From contig CALASV010000085.1 in NCBI GenBank assembly GCA_937888895.1, positions 1 through 33,420 of the forward strand: a DNA stretch of 33,420 bases. The letters run 5' to 3'. This document shows, one piece after another, positions 7,732 to 16,991 of this stretch (the first letter of the stretch is position 1; each line of letters begins with the position of its first letter). Source of the DNA: an uncultured Clostridia bacterium (GTDB lineage Bacteria; Bacillota; Clostridia; Lachnospirales; Lachnospiraceae). The notes beneath the pieces were generated by a model that made no database searches, had not been told where the DNA came from, and saw only the letters and a program-made list of their open reading frames with translations. A program made the translations under genes and the position numbers.

Positions 7732-8480
7732 GTATTATAGAAACTCTAATGGAGAATGAGGAAACAACCATAGATACTGTTTTTTTTGGAGTTGCTGTTG
7801 GCATTGTGACAAATATTGATGACCCAGATAAAAGAAATCGGGTCAAGGTAAAGTTAATTAACAGAGATAGTTCGGATTATGAGACTGATTTTATTCGAGT
7901 GGCTACGCCAATGGTTGGAAAAGAATGGGGTATGTTTTTCTTTCCGGAAGTGGGAGATGAAGTATTAGTTGCATTTGGAAATGGAGATATTACAAGACCT
8001 TATGTGATAGGTTCTCTTTGGAATCAAAATTATAAACCACCTGTAGATTTTGATAAAAAGAATATGGTGCGTGAAATTAAAACAAAAAATGGACATGAAA
8101 TTATTTTCCATGATGAAGATAATAAAGATTATATTGAAATTAAAACTCCAAAAGCATTGACGATTAACTTAAATGATGAAAAAGAAACGATTACTATTCA
8201 AGATAAAAAAGGAAAAAATATATTAAAAATAGATTCTAAAAACGGACAAGTGGAAGTAGTAGCAGAAAAGAAAATTAGTTTAGCAGCAGGAAATTCTAAG
8301 TTGGAGTTAGACGGAAATGGAAATGCGATTCGTTTAGAAAGTAGTAAGTCCATTAATATAAAGTCACAACAAATTGTAATTGAATCTAAAGGCACATTGG
8401 ATTTAAAGACTTCTGGCAATATGAGTATGAAAGCAAATGGACAGACAATGATAAAAGGTGCTGTTGTAAAAGTAAATTAG
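7728..8480 (+). CDS. Central spike protein (gpV / gp5 OB-fold / VgrG-like) with a C-terminal beta-helix
   Basis: GIVTNIDDPDKRNRVKVKL and ATPMVGKEWGMFFFPEVGDEVLVAFGNGDITRPYVIGSLWN are the classic Phage_base_V signature. The C-terminus has short repetitive beta-strand segments. GTG overlaps the upstream stop (GTGA), with GGAGG 7 nt upstream. Confidence 0.85.
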   Translation: MSIIETLMENEETTIDTVFFGVAVGIVTNIDDPDKRNRVKVKLINRDSSDYETDFIRVATPMVGKEWGMFFFPEVGDEVLVAFGNGDITRPYVIGSLWNQNYKPPVDFDKKNMVREIKTKNGHEIIFHDEDNKDYIEIKTPKALTINLNDEKETITIQDKKGKNILKIDSKNGQVEVVAEKKISLAAGNSKLELDGNGNAIRLESSKSINIKSQQIVIESKGTLDLKTSGNMSMKANGQTMIKGAVVKVN

Positions 8481-8494
8481 AAAAGAGTGAGTGT

Positions 8495-8869
8495 ATGGGA
8501 TGGGCATTTCCAATTGGAATAGATGAAAAAACAGGAAAAATAAAGACAACAAGTTTAGAAGAAGATATTAAGCAATCGGTCAAGATTTTGTTAAATACAG
8601 TAAGAGGAGAACGGTTAAAGCATAGTAATTATGGAAGCCAATTGACAAGATTTGTGTTTGAACCAATTTCCTATCATTTAGTAAGAGAAATTGAAGAAGA
8701 AGTATATAATACATTACGTTATTGGGAAAAACGAATTGAGGATATTGATATCGAAATTTTACATAAAACATCGAATGATTCAGAACTTTTAATTCATATT
8801 AGTTATATGATTGTGGAAACAAAAATAAGAGATGATATCAATTATGCGTACAGTTTATCTAATCAATAA
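8495..8869 (+). CDS. Baseplate wedge protein, gp25 / gpW family
   Basis: 124 aa. GWAFPIGIDEKTGKI, EEDIKQSVKILLNTVRGERLKHSNYGSQL and VYNTLRYWEKRIEDIDIEI match the GPW_gp25 pattern. Confidence 0.85.
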   Translation: MGWAFPIGIDEKTGKIKTTSLEEDIKQSVKILLNTVRGERLKHSNYGSQLTRFVFEPISYHLVREIEEEVYNTLRYWEKRIEDIDIEILHKTSNDSELLIHISYMIVETKIRDDINYAYSLSNQ

Positions 8870-8890
8870 CTTAGAATAAAAATAGAACAG

Positions 8891-8925
8891 AAGGAGGTCG
8901 GCAAATCCTTTGCCAAAGTCAGATG
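8891..8925 (+). promoter_or_regulatory. Split ribosome-binding site: SD separated from the ATG by a small hairpin
   Basis: AAGGAGG at 8891-8897 lies 25 nt upstream of ATG 8923. Between them, GGCAAA-tcc-TTTGCC (8900-8914) can form a 6-bp hairpin. There is no alternative in-frame start between the upstream stop (8872) and 8923. Confidence 0.35.
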
Positions 8926-11889
8926 AAGTTACCTATTATTGACCATAGAGATAAAAAAGAGATTTATAATCAAATAGTAAGTATGGCAAAAGAATATGTT
9001 CCAGAATGGAATCCTACAGACAATGAAGATGATGTAGGAGTAATTTTGGCGAAAATCTTTTCTGAAATGTTTGAAGAAACGATTCAACGCTTTAATAAAA
9101 TGCCATATAAAAATTATATCTATTTTTTAAATTTATTAGGTGCAACAATGCAACCAGCTATTTCTTCTCGTGGTTATGCTACGGTAGAATTAACCGATAT
9201 GGTAGATACAGGAGTATATATTAAAAAGGGAACTCATTTATTTGGGCAGTCGAAAGAAGGAGAGAGAGTACTGTTTGAAACGAAAGAGGATATGTCTGCC
9301 ATTTATAATACAATAGAACATATTTATTGTAAAAGTGGAAATAAAAATCGAATCATAAAACAGGAGTTGCCATGTCATTTATTTGATTTTTATGGAAGTG
9401 AAAATTTACAAAAACGTAGAATGATTTTTGCTCAAAAAGATGTGCTTTTGGTGGGTACAGGGGCACAGATTACAATGTATATTTTTCATAAGGAAAAATT
9501 TTATTTAGAAACGAAATTAGCAACAAGTTTAGCAGATCATTCGTTAGTAAAATGGGAATATTTAACGAATGATGGTTGGAAAGAAATAAAAGAAGTTACT
9601 TGTAATGGAAATCGAGTGGAATTTAGAGTAAATGCAGAAATTCCATTAGTGATTTATGAGGAAATAGAAAGTAGATGGATTTCTTGTACATTGATGGATG
9701 GATATGATTTTGAGGAAATTACGTTTACTGATTTAAAATTGATTTCACAAAATGAAAACCTTCTTCCAGATGCTCTTTATTATAATGATGTAGAGATGAC
9801 AAAAACAAACTTTTTACCATTTGGAGAAAGTTTTAGTGTATATGATGATTTTTATATCAATAGTGAAGAAGTATTTAGTAAAAAAGGTGCTTTTATTACA
9901 ATATATATGACAGTAGACACGAATCAATATGTAGAGGAAGAAGAAGTACAATTACAACCTGTAGGTTCTAAATGGAAGTCTATTTTGTCACAAAAAGAGT
10001 TTGTAAAGCCAAAAAAAGAAGCAATTGAATTGGAACGTGTCATTTGGGAATATTGGAATGGCATTGGTTGGACAAGATTATTTGAAGATAATTGTTATGA
10101 AGATATTTTTATGACAAAAGAAAAATCAAGTATAAAAATGAGTTTTTATTGTCCAGAAGATATAGATTATACTTATATTGGTGCTAAGTATGGTCTGTGG
10201 ATAAGAGCGAGAATACAAAAAGTAAAAAATGCATTTTTGGTAGACAGTTTTTATCAGTATCCTATTGTAGAAAAATTAAATTTAGCATATACCTATAAAG
10301 AACATAAGGGAACGGTGGAACATATTTTTGTAGAAAAAGATTTAGAAACTACCTATATTCCATATGTGAAAAATAAAGAGATAACTCTTTATGAAAAAGA
10401 AGAAGATAGTTATCCAGAATGTTATTTTTCCATGTCTTATCCTATACCTACGGGACCAATCAAGTTGTATTTTCAAAAAGAGGGTAAAGAAAATTTGAGA
10501 ATGCCTTCTTTAAAATGGCAATATTTTGGAAAAGTAAATGGAGTAAATAAGTGGATAGATATTAAGATTTTAGATGAAACAAATCATTTTGGAAAAAGTG
10601 GAATTGTTACTTTTTTAAGTAAGGGAAATTTTGAACAATGTAAGTTGTTTGGAAAAGAAAGTTATTGGATTCGATTAGTGAACCAAGATAGACGATATGA
10701 TATAGAAGATACTCTATACGCTTTATTAAAAGGAATTTATTTTAATACAGTGAAAATTGTGCAACAGGAAACAATGGAAGTGGAATATTTTCCAGTTGTA
10801 TCACAAGAAGACAATAAAATATTTGAATTATCAGCAACAGATATTTTAGAAGCCAAAGTTTGGGTAGATGAAATAGAGTCCATTTTAGCCAATGATAGAT
10901 ATGAATTGGAAGAAGTGAACGATAATGTGGAAATAGAACGAGAAGAAGACGGAACAATTGTACATTATTGGGTCAAATGGAAAGAAATATCTAATATAAA
11001 ACTTGCTTCTAGCGAAGATAGAGTTTATGTATTGGAAAAAAATAAAGGGAAATTAGCATTTGGAGATGGTATTTGTGGAAAATTACCATGTTCCAAACAA
11101 AATACAATGGTAAAAGTAGTTTATTCGGTAAGTATGGGAGAACAAGGAAATTTTGAGATAGGAGAAATCAATGAATTTTCGGATTCTATTCCATTTGTAA
11201 GTCGAGTATATAATGTAGAATCTGTTTCTGGTGGTTGTAATAGTGAAACAGTAGAAGTAGCAATTAATCGTTGTACAAAGATGGTAAAACATCAAAACAG
11301 AATTGTATCGAAAGATGATTATGAAACAATAGTAAAACAAATGGATAGAAATATAGTAAAAATAAAAGTACTTTCTAATGTGAATGAAGAAGGAAAGTTC
11401 CAAAATGGTTGTATTACATTAGTTGTTTTGCCAAAATATTTGAATCATAGTGGGAATTATTTTGATACAATGAAAGATAATGTAATGACACAATTGCAGA
11501 ACAAGTTACCAGTAGTACTTAGAAAACAAATTCGTATAGTACAAGTTCGTTATGTAGAAATTTGTGTGTCAGTCAAAGTTATTGTAGAGAACTATGAGGA
11601 TTATATGCAAGTTTCTACACAAGTACAAAAGAAATTAGATGATTATTTGAATCCAATTTCAGGCGATTTTTCAGGACATGGTTTTGAAATAGGAAAATTA
11701 CCGACAAAAACACAAATTTATAATTTTATTAGAACAGTAAATAAAATTAAGAAAATAGAAAACTTAACAATGGATTGTTATATTCGAACGAAAGAAGAAA
11801 GAGAAGAAATGGATTATGAGAAAGTGTTAGAGTTTGAAGATGTTGTACCGTTGAGTGGAGTACATCAAGTAGATATAGAGATATTGTAA
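8923..11889 (+). CDS. Large baseplate protein, Baseplate_J / gp6 / Afp11-like
   Basis: 988 aa. The N-terminus (LPIIDHRDKKEIYNQIVSMAKEYVPEWNPTDNEDDVGVILAKIFSEMFEE..RFNKMP) fits the conserved CIS baseplate N-terminal pattern. The C-terminal VSGGCNSETVEVAINRC...RIVSKDDYETIVKQ...VKIKVL fits the Baseplate_J signature. Confidence 0.75.
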   Translation: MKLPIIDHRDKKEIYNQIVSMAKEYVPEWNPTDNEDDVGVILAKIFSEMFEETIQRFNKMPYKNYIYFLNLLGATMQPAISSRGYATVELTDMVDTGVYIKKGTHLFGQSKEGERVLFETKEDMSAIYNTIEHIYCKSGNKNRIIKQELPCHLFDFYGSENLQKRRMIFAQKDVLLVGTGAQITMYIFHKEKFYLETKLATSLADHSLVKWEYLTNDGWKEIKEVTCNGNRVEFRVNAEIPLVIYEEIESRWISCTLMDGYDFEEITFTDLKLISQNENLLPDALYYNDVEMTKTNFLPFGESFSVYDDFYINSEEVFSKKGAFITIYMTVDTNQYVEEEEVQLQPVGSKWKSILSQKEFVKPKKEAIELERVIWEYWNGIGWTRLFEDNCYEDIFMTKEKSSIKMSFYCPEDIDYTYIGAKYGLWIRARIQKVKNAFLVDSFYQYPIVEKLNLAYTYKEHKGTVEHIFVEKDLETTYIPYVKNKEITLYEKEEDSYPECYFSMSYPIPTGPIKLYFQKEGKENLRMPSLKWQYFGKVNGVNKWIDIKILDETNHFGKSGIVTFLSKGNFEQCKLFGKESYWIRLVNQDRRYDIEDTLYALLKGIYFNTVKIVQQETMEVEYFPVVSQEDNKIFELSATDILEAKVWVDEIESILANDRYELEEVNDNVEIEREEDGTIVHYWVKWKEISNIKLASSEDRVYVLEKNKGKLAFGDGICGKLPCSKQNTMVKVVYSVSMGEQGNFEIGEINEFSDSIPFVSRVYNVESVSGGCNSETVEVAINRCTKMVKHQNRIVSKDDYETIVKQMDRNIVKIKVLSNVNEEGKFQNGCITLVVLPKYLNHSGNYFDTMKDNVMTQLQNKLPVVLRKQIRIVQVRYVEICVSVKVIVENYEDYMQVSTQVQKKLDDYLNPISGDFSGHGFEIGKLPTKTQIYNFIRTVNKIKKIENLTMDCYIRTKEEREEMDYEKVLEFEDVVPLSGVHQVDIEIL

Positions 11890-11904
11890 CGAGGGGGCTA
11901 AAGT

Positions 11905-14037
11905 ATGTTACCATTTCCAAATCTAAATGAGCAGCAATTTGAAGATATTATGAAAAATGCATTAAATCAAACAAAAAAATATGGTAACAGTTGGAAAGAT
12001 ATTGATATTCATGACCCTGGTGTTACGATATTAGAACTTTTAGCATTTTTTAAAGAGGACCAGCAATCTCATATTAATAATGTTGGTGTGAAAAGTTTCT
12101 TTAAGTTTGTAGAGTTATTAGGATTACAAAGAGAATTACCAAAACCAGCGAAAACACAGGTTTGTTTTAAGGCAAACAATCAAATTATTCCAAAAGGAAC
12201 AAAATTAAAAGCGTATGATGTAATATTTGAAACAATGGAACGAATCAAAGTTTTAGATAACAATATTGTTGCCTTAGGGTATCAAAATGATGAGGAGTTT
12301 GTATTTGAAAACTATGATTTAGAGGAATTAGAACGAGATATGCCAATATTTTCAGATAAATTTCCTGAAAAAAATGAGTTTTATATTGCATTTGAAAAAT
12401 CTTTACCAAGAGAAGAAATAATTCATCTGTATTTTGATTTATATGAGGATTATGAAGTAAAACGAAATCCTATTACTAATCCAGAGGAATTTGAACCATT
12501 ATCTATAGTAAACTGGGAATATTTTGGAGAAGAAAAAGGAGTTTTAGGTTGGCATAAATTAGAGTTAGACACAGATGAAACATACGGATTTTTGTATTCT
12601 GGGAATATTACGTTCAAGCTTTTAGGAGAACAAAAAAGCTTCGAAGGTTATGAGGGAATGCTTCGTATTACTGCATTACAATATGGGTATGAAGTAGCTC
12701 CAAGAGTAAAAGGGATAAAATTAAATGCCCTTTCTTTAACACAGCAAGATACAAAATGTGTAACAGTTACATTTTCCTATTCTGATTTTCAAAAAAATCA
12801 AATGTTGTTTGATGAATATTTGGCAAGAGAAGACTGTTATAATTTGTATATCAAAAAAGAAAATGCTTGGGTAAAAGCTGAAGATTTAGATATTATATAT
12901 ATGATAAGAAAAGAGGAAGAAGAATATTTTCGATTAGGAACATCAAATCGAGAAGGTTTAGAGGAACTTTTTCAAGGAGTTTTAGAGACAGAGCCTGTAT
13001 TACAATTAGTACTTTATGAAAAAGAGTTTTATTTTTATCGAATACTTGGGTCTAGTATGGGGACGATTCATCAAGAGTTTCAAGCATTACTTCCTTCGAA
13101 AGAAAATATTTTATATGATAGTTTTGAACTTATGGTAGCACAAAGAGAAAATTGGAATACTTGGAATAAAATACAAAATTTAGATAAAGCAAAAGGAAAT
13201 GACTATGTGTATACAATTTCTCCTCAAAGTAAAAAAATAACATTTGGAAATAATAAATTTGGACGAGTTCCCTATATTGGTACAAAAAATATTGTGATTA
13301 CTTCTTGTTGCACAACATTAGCAAAAAATGGAAATTTAAGAAAAGGTATTTTAAATTCTTTTGCGAAAGAAGGAGAATTTGAAGGAATTGAGGTAGAGCA
13401 TTTAACAAAAGCAATTGGTGGAATAGAAGAAGAAACATTAGAACAGTTAAAGCTAAGAGTATTATATGCGATGGAAGATATTGAGAGAGCTGTAACAGTA
13501 GAAGATTATGAAGTTTTAGCAAAACAAACGCAAGGACTTATGATAGAAAATATTACAGTGGAACCTTTATATGATTTAGATAGAAAAGCAAAAGAAAGAG
13601 CAGAGAATGCAGTTACTATAGTGGTAGAACCGTATGGAACAAACTTGTCTTGTATTGGTTATGTGAAAAATGTACGAAAAAAATTAGAAAAGGCAAAATT
13701 ACTTACAACAAAACTTTCTGTCACTTTACCAAAATATTTAGGTTTAGAAATAGAAGGAGAGTTAGTTGTCAATCAAGAAGAAAAATATGTATATCAAATG
13801 ATTGACAACTTATTAAAAACATATATCCAAGAGATTCAGAAAAAGAAAGAGGATAAAACGATTTACTATGCTGATATTTGTGGATTATTAGAACGGCAAG
13901 AAGCAGTTCGATATGTAAAATATTTAAAGTTAGAAATACCAAGGGAAGCAACAGCAAATATGATGGGAGATTTGAAAATACCTCCATGTGCAAAGGTATA
14001 TGTAAAAAGCAATCATCTTAAAATGGTGACAAGATAA
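11905..14037 (+). CDS. Second large baseplate protein (gp7 / Afp12-like, Baseplate_J-related)
   Basis: 710 aa. The N-terminus is MLPFPNLNEQQFEDIMKNA....DIHDPGVTILELLAFFKEDQ. The C-terminus is IGGIEEETLEQLKLRVLYAMEDIERAVTVEDYEVLAKQTQGL. A GAGGGGG SD lies 7 nt upstream. Confidence 0.7.
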   Translation: MLPFPNLNEQQFEDIMKNALNQTKKYGNSWKDIDIHDPGVTILELLAFFKEDQQSHINNVGVKSFFKFVELLGLQRELPKPAKTQVCFKANNQIIPKGTKLKAYDVIFETMERIKVLDNNIVALGYQNDEEFVFENYDLEELERDMPIFSDKFPEKNEFYIAFEKSLPREEIIHLYFDLYEDYEVKRNPITNPEEFEPLSIVNWEYFGEEKGVLGWHKLELDTDETYGFLYSGNITFKLLGEQKSFEGYEGMLRITALQYGYEVAPRVKGIKLNALSLTQQDTKCVTVTFSYSDFQKNQMLFDEYLAREDCYNLYIKKENAWVKAEDLDIIYMIRKEEEEYFRLGTSNREGLEELFQGVLETEPVLQLVLYEKEFYFYRILGSSMGTIHQEFQALLPSKENILYDSFELMVAQRENWNTWNKIQNLDKAKGNDYVYTISPQSKKITFGNNKFGRVPYIGTKNIVITSCCTTLAKNGNLRKGILNSFAKEGEFEGIEVEHLTKAIGGIEEETLEQLKLRVLYAMEDIERAVTVEDYEVLAKQTQGLMIENITVEPLYDLDRKAKERAENAVTIVVEPYGTNLSCIGYVKNVRKKLEKAKLLTTKLSVTLPKYLGLEIEGELVVNQEEKYVYQMIDNLLKTYIQEIQKKKEDKTIYYADICGLLERQEAVRYVKYLKLEIPREATANMMGDLKIPPCAKVYVKSNHLKMVTR

Positions 14038-14059
14038 TGGTTGAAAAGAGGAATGGGAT

Positions 14060-15214
14060 GTGACAAGTGGGTTTGTATTTAATGATGAATTTTGGAACAG
14101 AGGTTTTTTCTATGGTTGTGAATATAGAGAAGAACAAGGACTTATTGCAATACCAGAAGAAATGATGTCAGGAACGGCTATTTATATTTCTAGGGCGTTG
14201 GATAGTGGAGAATCAGAAACTGTTTGGAGTAGAATAAAATTTGATATTATTTTACCAAAAGATACAATGGTTGTGTTTTCTTATTTTGCAAGTGATAGCG
14301 ATTTATCAGAGTATAATAATCAAAGTATACTGGTGGATAACTATATTCAAGATGATACTATATTGTTAATAGATAAATTAAATGCTTTAGAGACACTTTG
14401 GATAGAAGAAAGAAAAAATCCAAAAGATATTTTGATTTCTAAGGCAAAGGGTAGATATCTTTGGTTTAAAATCGAATTGCTTTCAAAGAGTGTAGAATTT
14501 CCAAAGGTAAAAGGAATGGAACTTGAATTTCCAAGAGAAAGTTTTGTGGATTATTTGCCTGAGTTTTATAGTTCTCATACAGAAAGTTTTCAATTTTTGG
14601 ATAGATTTTTAGGAATTTATCAAAGTATGATTTTAGATTTGCAAGAAGAAATTGTGAATATTTCTCGTTATTTAGATTCTGATGTAACAACTACAGAATT
14701 TTTACAGTGGTTGGCAGAGTGGGTAGCAGTAGATAATGTATTTCAGTGGGAAGAAAAAAAGTTACGGAATTTTATAAAACAAAGTTTTTCGATTTATAAA
14801 TTAAAAGGAACAAAAGAAGGTTTATCAAAAGTGATAGAGTTATATATTGGTCAAAAGCCAATGATAGTAGAAACTTATAAAATCATGAATACTTATAGTA
14901 AAAGTGAATATCAAGAATATTATCAAAGTTTATATGGGGATAATATTTATTCTTTTTTTGTATTTGTAGAAGAAAAATTTGTACCAACAAATGAAGTATT
15001 AGTTGGGTTAAATGCAATTATAGAACATTATAAACCAGCCTATACGATAGGAAAAGTAATTGTTTTGAAGTCGTTTATGATATTAGGACATCATGTATAT
15101 TTGGGTATCAATAGTTGTACATTAAAAGATTCTATGCTGAAATTAGACGGCAATACCATGGTACCATTTAATACATCCATTTTTAAAGTAGGAGGAACTT
15201 TAGATGAAAAATAA
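14060..15214 (+). CDS. Baseplate/tail protein, P2 gpI-like (phage tail protein I family)
   Basis: The central motif is YLPEFY...FQFLDRFLGIYQSM..DLQEEI..ISRYLDSD.TTTEFLQWLAEWVAVDN....EKKLRNFIKQSFSIYKLKGTKEGLSKVIELY.G. It matches the conserved gpI-like domain found in CIS loci. GTG start, with an AAGAGGAA SD. Confidence 0.75.
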   Translation: MTSGFVFNDEFWNRGFFYGCEYREEQGLIAIPEEMMSGTAIYISRALDSGESETVWSRIKFDIILPKDTMVVFSYFASDSDLSEYNNQSILVDNYIQDDTILLIDKLNALETLWIEERKNPKDILISKAKGRYLWFKIELLSKSVEFPKVKGMELEFPRESFVDYLPEFYSSHTESFQFLDRFLGIYQSMILDLQEEIVNISRYLDSDVTTTEFLQWLAEWVAVDNVFQWEEKKLRNFIKQSFSIYKLKGTKEGLSKVIELYIGQKPMIVETYKIMNTYSKSEYQEYYQSLYGDNIYSFFVFVEEKFVPTNEVLVGLNAIIEHYKPAYTIGKVIVLKSFMILGHHVYLGINSCTLKDSMLKLDGNTMVPFNTSIFKVGGTLDEK

Positions 15215-16982
15215 AAAATACTATCCTTTTGAAAGGAATCATTATTTTTATGGAAAACTCTTAACAGTAAGAGATTTTGAAGATGAACAAAGATATATGA
15301 ATGATAAAAGAAGAATTAACAATGTACTGACAAAAGGAGCAGGAGTTATTAGTGGTCTTTCTACAGTAATGATAGATGAAAAAACAATTTCTTTGGAAAC
15401 TGGTATGGCACTTGATTATATGGGACGAGAAATTATTGTACCAGAATCAGTAACAAAAAAGTTGAATGTTTTAGATGGCTTTAAAGAAATTAAAAATTAT
15501 GAGACAGTTTATCTTTGTTTAGAATATGCAGAAAAAAAGAAAGATAAAGTACATTCGATTACAGAAACAACGAATGCAGAAGAAGTAGATTATAATCGAG
15601 TAGAGGAAAGTTACCATTTATTTTTAACAGATGGGTTCGTAGATAGTAAAAAATTGTCGCTTCATCGTCTTAAAGAAGAAGAACAAGTGATTTATTATGA
15701 TAATGGAATAAAAATAACACAAATTGTACCAAAATATGCAAATCCAAATAAGGAATTAGAAATAAAAGTTAGAATAGAAAAACAAAATGTTCCAAGAATG
15801 ATAGAAGTAGACTATATTTTTTCTTCGGAATATATTAAGGCAGAAGATGGTTCAAATCAAGTGAGAGTATATTATACAGACGAGGATTTGACAGCATATA
15901 AAGAAGTGGAATTAAGTTATATCGTAAAAGTAATTGATGTAAAAGATACAACAGCAAAATTAGTTACAAATGTGGAAGCTTCTAGAATTTTAATTGGTTC
16001 TGTGCCTTATTCTTTTACGGAAAGTGTGGAATATAAAGTCGATATTATAAAAGAATCCATAGTAGATAAAATTCTTTCTGATTATACAAACTTACATTTT
16101 GATGATATTTTGAATATGAACAATGAAGCAAAGATTTATCTTGCGAAGATGCGTTTGATTAAAAAAGAATCAGAATATTATATAGAAGCATTTGAAGCTA
16201 TGCCATTTGGACAATTTCTTCCAAGTAATGCCATGCTTTATATGTTAATGCAGGAAATGAAGAATCCAGTGATAGAAACAAAAAAGACAGACTGGAGCGA
16301 AATTAGAAAAGAATTAGCATTTACAAAGGAAGAAGTTTTGCCAATATCAGCAGAGAAAACATTTGCTTGTGGAGAAGAAACAATAGAAATTGATTTACAT
16401 AGTAAAAATAAATGTTATTTTAGTGATGAAATTGTGCATGGTCTTGGAAAAGGTGATGTTTTAATTCATGTAGCAGTGGAAGATACAATGCAAGAAAATA
16501 ATATTTGTGATGTGAATGCAACGGTATTTGGTGATATTAGTATTTTTAAAAAGAATATGCATTTTATAAAACTTCCGAATTTAAATACAGGAGTATTATC
16601 TTATACAGATAAAGGAACCTTCCGTATTGGTGTGAAATTTTTAGAAGATGCTGGAATGACAAATATTAAAATCAAATGGTGGGCTTATAAAGAAGAAATG
16701 AAAGTGGACAATGATTTTGCTGAATTAAATACTATTTCAGTAAAGATAGAACCAAATACGATAAAAATAGGTCCAAGAGATAAATATAAGTTTGAAGCTA
16801 TAGTAGTAGGAAGTGATAGTCAAGAATGTAGATGGACTGTATTAGACAAAAATGGTGGACAAATTGACTTTAATGGTTTATATGAAGCTCCTACACAAGA
16901 AGGTGTTTATGAAATTATGGCAGAAAGTGTAAAATATCCAAATAAGAAAGCGATTGCTTATGTGGTAGTAAAGCAGAAGTAA
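15204..16982 (+). CDS. Fibre / receptor-binding-like CIS protein with a C-terminal Ig-like (Big_2-like) domain
   Basis: The N-terminus YYPFERNHYFYGKLLTVRDFEDEQRYMNDKRRINNVLTKGAGVISGL...GMALDYMGREIIVPE is a pattern I recall from CIS baseplate-distal proteins. The last ~85 aa (IEPNTIKIGPRDKYKFEAIVVGSDSQECRWTVLDKNGGQIDFNGLYEAPTQEGVYEIMAES) look like a bacterial Ig-like domain. The start overlaps the upstream gene end, with a GGAGG SD. Confidence 0.5.
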   Translation: MKNKKYYPFERNHYFYGKLLTVRDFEDEQRYMNDKRRINNVLTKGAGVISGLSTVMIDEKTISLETGMALDYMGREIIVPESVTKKLNVLDGFKEIKNYETVYLCLEYAEKKKDKVHSITETTNAEEVDYNRVEESYHLFLTDGFVDSKKLSLHRLKEEEQVIYYDNGIKITQIVPKYANPNKELEIKVRIEKQNVPRMIEVDYIFSSEYIKAEDGSNQVRVYYTDEDLTAYKEVELSYIVKVIDVKDTTAKLVTNVEASRILIGSVPYSFTESVEYKVDIIKESIVDKILSDYTNLHFDDILNMNNEAKIYLAKMRLIKKESEYYIEAFEAMPFGQFLPSNAMLYMLMQEMKNPVIETKKTDWSEIRKELAFTKEEVLPISAEKTFACGEETIEIDLHSKNKCYFSDEIVHGLGKGDVLIHVAVEDTMQENNICDVNATVFGDISIFKKNMHFIKLPNLNTGVLSYTDKGTFRIGVKFLEDAGMTNIKIKWWAYKEEMKVDNDFAELNTISVKIEPNTIKIGPRDKYKFEAIVVGSDSQECRWTVLDKNGGQIDFNGLYEAPTQEGVYEIMAESVKYPNKKAIAYVVVKQK

Positions 16983-16991
16983 AGGAACAGG

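Noticed and set aside
111-15214. Classification as a canonical type VI secretion system.
   Set aside because: The sheath is a single large phage-like protein rather than a TssB/TssC pair. No ClpV, TssJLM, TssK or TssA-like genes were seen. The presence of a tape-measure-like gene, a chaperone pair and a DUF4255 cap points to the Afp/PVC-like or phage-tail branch.
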